Shown: piece after piece, positions 62,062 through 64,000 of the stretch
Layout of the letters: each line of letters opens with the position of its first letter
How positions within the stretch are numbered: position 1 is the stretch's first letter
Assembly (NCBI GenBank): GCA_028277845.1
Contig: JANQFL010000011.1
Coordinates: 200,887 to 264,886, forward strand
Source of the DNA: Sneathiellales bacterium
Lineage (GTDB): Bacteria; Pseudomonadota; Alphaproteobacteria; JANQFL01
Reading direction: 5' to 3'
DNA length: 64,000 nt
The notes under the pieces: generated by a model
Told to the model about the DNA's origin: nothing
Database searches by the model: none
Seen by the model: the letters and a program-made list of their open reading frames with translations, nothing else
Translations under genes and position numbers: made by a program

Positions 62062-63672
62062 TCAGGCGACGGGCACGGGATCGAGATCGACCGTATAGAG
62101 GGATTTGTTCTCGATGTCCTTCAACGTCACGGTCATCACCTCGGTTTCGCCATTGATCCGCACGTGGCCGAAGAACTGCAGCCCTTCGGTCGGCGGCAGG
62201 TTCGGTTTGCCTTCCGGCGATTTCTGGTAGACCACCTGCGGGCCGAAGGTGTCGTCCATGTCGCCCGGGCCGAACGAGCCGGCGTTGATCGGGCCGGAGA
62301 CGAATTCCCAGAACGGATCGAAGTCGCTGAACGTGGCCTTGTTCGGGTCGTAATAATGCGCCGCCGTGTAGTGCACGTCGGCCGTGAACCAGGCGGTGTT
62401 CTTGATCTTGTTGTGCTTGATGAATCGCAACAGGTCGGCGAACTCGTGCTCTCGGCCGAGCACCGGCCCGTTGCCGTTGGCGCCGTTTTCGAAGGTATTC
62501 TTCTCGCGCCAATTGTCATAGACGATCAAACCGATCGGCATGTCGGAGGCAATGACCTTCCAGGTCGCCTTGCTAGCCAGCAACTCTTGCTTAAGCCAGC
62601 GTATCTGGTCGGCGCCCAGGAACGCGGTGTCCGGCCCGGCCAGGGGCTGACGGTTGGCGCCGTTGTCGCCGCGATAGGACCGCATGTCGAGAAAGAACAC
62701 GTCCAGAAGCGGACCGTAGTTGATCTTGCGGTAAATGCGTTCCCGGTCGGACGCATGCTGGCGGGTCGGGAAGTACTCGTGGAAGGCGCGATTGGCGCGC
62801 GCGGCCAGGGTGGCGACGCTGCGGACCTGGTAGCGATCATCATTGAGAACCTCGTTGGGATACCAATTGTTGACCGTCTCGTGATCGTCCCACTGGGCGA
62901 AGACCGGCACTTCGGCGTTGAAGGCGCGCACGTTGGCATCCAGCAGGTTGTACCGGAAGTTGCCGCGGAACTCCTTCAGCGTCTCGGCGACCTTGGACTT
63001 CTCCTCGGTGATCACGTTTTTCCACACGCCGCCGTCCGGCAGCTTTTTTTCCGCCGGAATGGGATTGTCGGCATAGATGGTGTCGCCGGAATGGATCATG
63101 AAGTCCGGCGTGTTGCGGCGCATGGTTTCGTAGCCCTTCATGCCGCCCCAGTCGGTGTTGATGCCCCAACCCTGGCCGGCGGTGTCGCCGGTCCACACGA
63201 ACGTGATGTCGCGGCGGTCGGCCGGTGCCGTGCGGAAATGCCCGACCATCGGTTCGCTGACCGCGTTGACGTTGGACAGGTCCCGGTAGCGGATGCGGTA
63301 GAAGATGTCCTGGCCCGCCGGCAGGCCGGTCAGGTCGACCTTGGTGGTGAAGTCGGAGGCCGCGATGGCCGCCGGTCCGCGCACCGTCTGCGCATTGCGG
63401 AAGCTGTCGCTGGTGGCGTATTCCAACAGCAGGCGCGACGGCCGGTCGGCCCGCGCCCAGACGATGGCCCTGTCGGTGGTGACGTCGCCGCTTTGCAGTC
63501 CGTGGGTGATGACCGGACGGTCGGACCGGGCGAAAGCGGGCATGCCGAACAGACCGGTCCCGGCGAGCCCGAGGCCGGTCGCGGCCAGGGCGCTCGTCGA
63601 GAGAAACCTGCGTCGGCTGACATGAATTGTTTTCTTGGTCGGCAGTGACATGGGTGATGGACTCCCCTCCAT
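62062..63672 (-). CDS. phoD: PhoD-family alkaline phosphatase / phosphodiesterase (Tat-secreted)
   Basis: Twin-arginine signal SRRRFLSTSALAATGLGLAG...AFA. Metallophosphatase motifs (GDTAGQGWG, HSGDTIYADN, GNHE-like). Confidence 0.85.
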   Translation of the reverse strand: MEGSPSPMSLPTKKTIHVSRRRFLSTSALAATGLGLAGTGLFGMPAFARSDRPVITHGLQSGDVTTDRAIVWARADRPSRLLLEYATSDSFRNAQTVRGPAAIAASDFTTKVDLTGLPAGQDIFYRIRYRDLSNVNAVSEPMVGHFRTAPADRRDITFVWTGDTAGQGWGINTDWGGMKGYETMRRNTPDFMIHSGDTIYADNPIPAEKKLPDGGVWKNVITEEKSKVAETLKEFRGNFRYNLLDANVRAFNAEVPVFAQWDDHETVNNWYPNEVLNDDRYQVRSVATLAARANRAFHEYFPTRQHASDRERIYRKINYGPLLDVFFLDMRSYRGDNGANRQPLAGPDTAFLGADQIRWLKQELLASKATWKVIASDMPIGLIVYDNWREKNTFENGANGNGPVLGREHEFADLLRFIKHNKIKNTAWFTADVHYTAAHYYDPNKATFSDFDPFWEFVSGPINAGSFGPGDMDDTFGPQVVYQKSPEGKPNLPPTEGLQFFGHVRINGETEVMTVTLKDIENKSLYTVDLDPVPVA

Positions 63673-63696
63673 GATTCGTTGGACGGGCGCACCCTA

Positions 63697-63723
63697 GGTC
63701 AATGCGTTGACAGTGCGGTGACC
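63697..63723. promoter_or_regulatory. Pho-box-like 11-bp-periodic direct repeats upstream of phoD
   Basis: Minus-strand reading GGTCACcgcaCTGTCAAcgcaTTGACC, 25-50 bp upstream of the phoD ATG. Resembles the CTGTCA-N5 repeats bound by PhoB. Confidence 0.35.
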
Positions 63724-63766
63724 GGTGCGTGGCCGTTCGATGACACAACCACGGGCGAACATGGAA

Positions 63767-64000
63767 CTAGCCGAAATCGGGTGGCGGCACGAAACCGCCG
63801 ACCACATCCTCAAGCGCTTCGGCGAACTGGATCGTCGTCCTGTCTTCCAGGTACGGCCCGACGATCTGCAGGCCGACGGGCAAACCATCGCTTCCCTGGC
63901 CCACCGGTGCGACAGTTGCCGGCAAGTAACACGACGTCGCCATGCCGACCCAGATGATATGCTCGAAATAGTCGCGCTGCTCGCCGTTGACCGAAAGCTT
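63767..64000 (-). CDS. Amidase family protein, C-terminal fragment (5' end lies outside the window)
   Basis: Minus-strand translation reads ...SVNGEQRDYFEHIIWVGMATSCYLPATVAPVGQGSDGLPVGLQIVGPYLEDRTTIQFAEALEDVVGGFVPPPDFG*, matching the conserved C-terminus of amidase-signature enzymes. Confidence 0.6.
   Translation of the reverse strand, partial: KLSVNGEQRDYFEHIIWVGMATSCYLPATVAPVGQGSDGLPVGLQIVGPYLEDRTTIQFAEALEDVVGGFVPPPDFG

Overview
This is a high-GC window (roughly 65% GC) whose gene content points to an alphaproteobacterium of the Rhodospirillaceae type. Most of it is core chromosome with several accessory inserts. From left to right:
(1) The C-terminus of an RTX-type calcium-binding protein, followed by its type I secretion ABC transporter and HlyD-family membrane-fusion protein.
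(2) A roughly 5 kb low-GC islet at about 4.9-9.9 kb. It carries a divergent vsr/dcm pair plus a tightly coupled two-gene module: a GHKL ATPase fused to a histidine kinase (HisKA plus HATPase), and a receiver-domain protein with an unrecognisable effector domain. The islet ends in a truncated aldehyde-dehydrogenase gene. This is the best candidate here for a two-component (Detocs-like) defence system that has not been described.
(3) A 14 kb chemosensory operon on the minus strand encoding STAS, CheY, CheA, CheW, a PAS-containing MCP, CheR, CheD, CheB and a soluble MCP. Its output appears to be a partner-switching module (STAS, receiver-PP2C phosphatase, receiver-RsbW-like kinase), plus a degenerate MCP-tip-only protein.
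(4) Two TetR-headed detoxification clusters, each containing a nitronate monooxygenase. One also has a haloalkane dehalogenase and a crotonase; the other has a GST and a PNPOx-like protein and is preceded by a (GACCC)8 microsatellite and two operator-like palindromes.
(5) Housekeeping genes ispH-thrB-rnhA, a peroxiredoxin, thrC and an M16 peptidase.
(6) A 2-oxoacid:ferredoxin oxidoreductase operon (gamma subunit, GltD-like NAD(P)H oxidoreductase/ferredoxin, alpha, beta). It is interrupted by a 268-bp element with 35-bp terminal inverted repeats that supplies both a stop codon and a ribosome-binding site.
(7) A complete aa3-type cytochrome c oxidase locus (ctaC, ctaD, ctaB, a small ORF, ctaG, ctaE, DUF983, SURF1) with a perfect FNR-type box in its divergent promoter.
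(8) tldD, a Tat-secreted PhoD with a Pho-box-like repeat, and an amidase 3' end.
I saw no rRNA, tRNA or CRISPR arrays.
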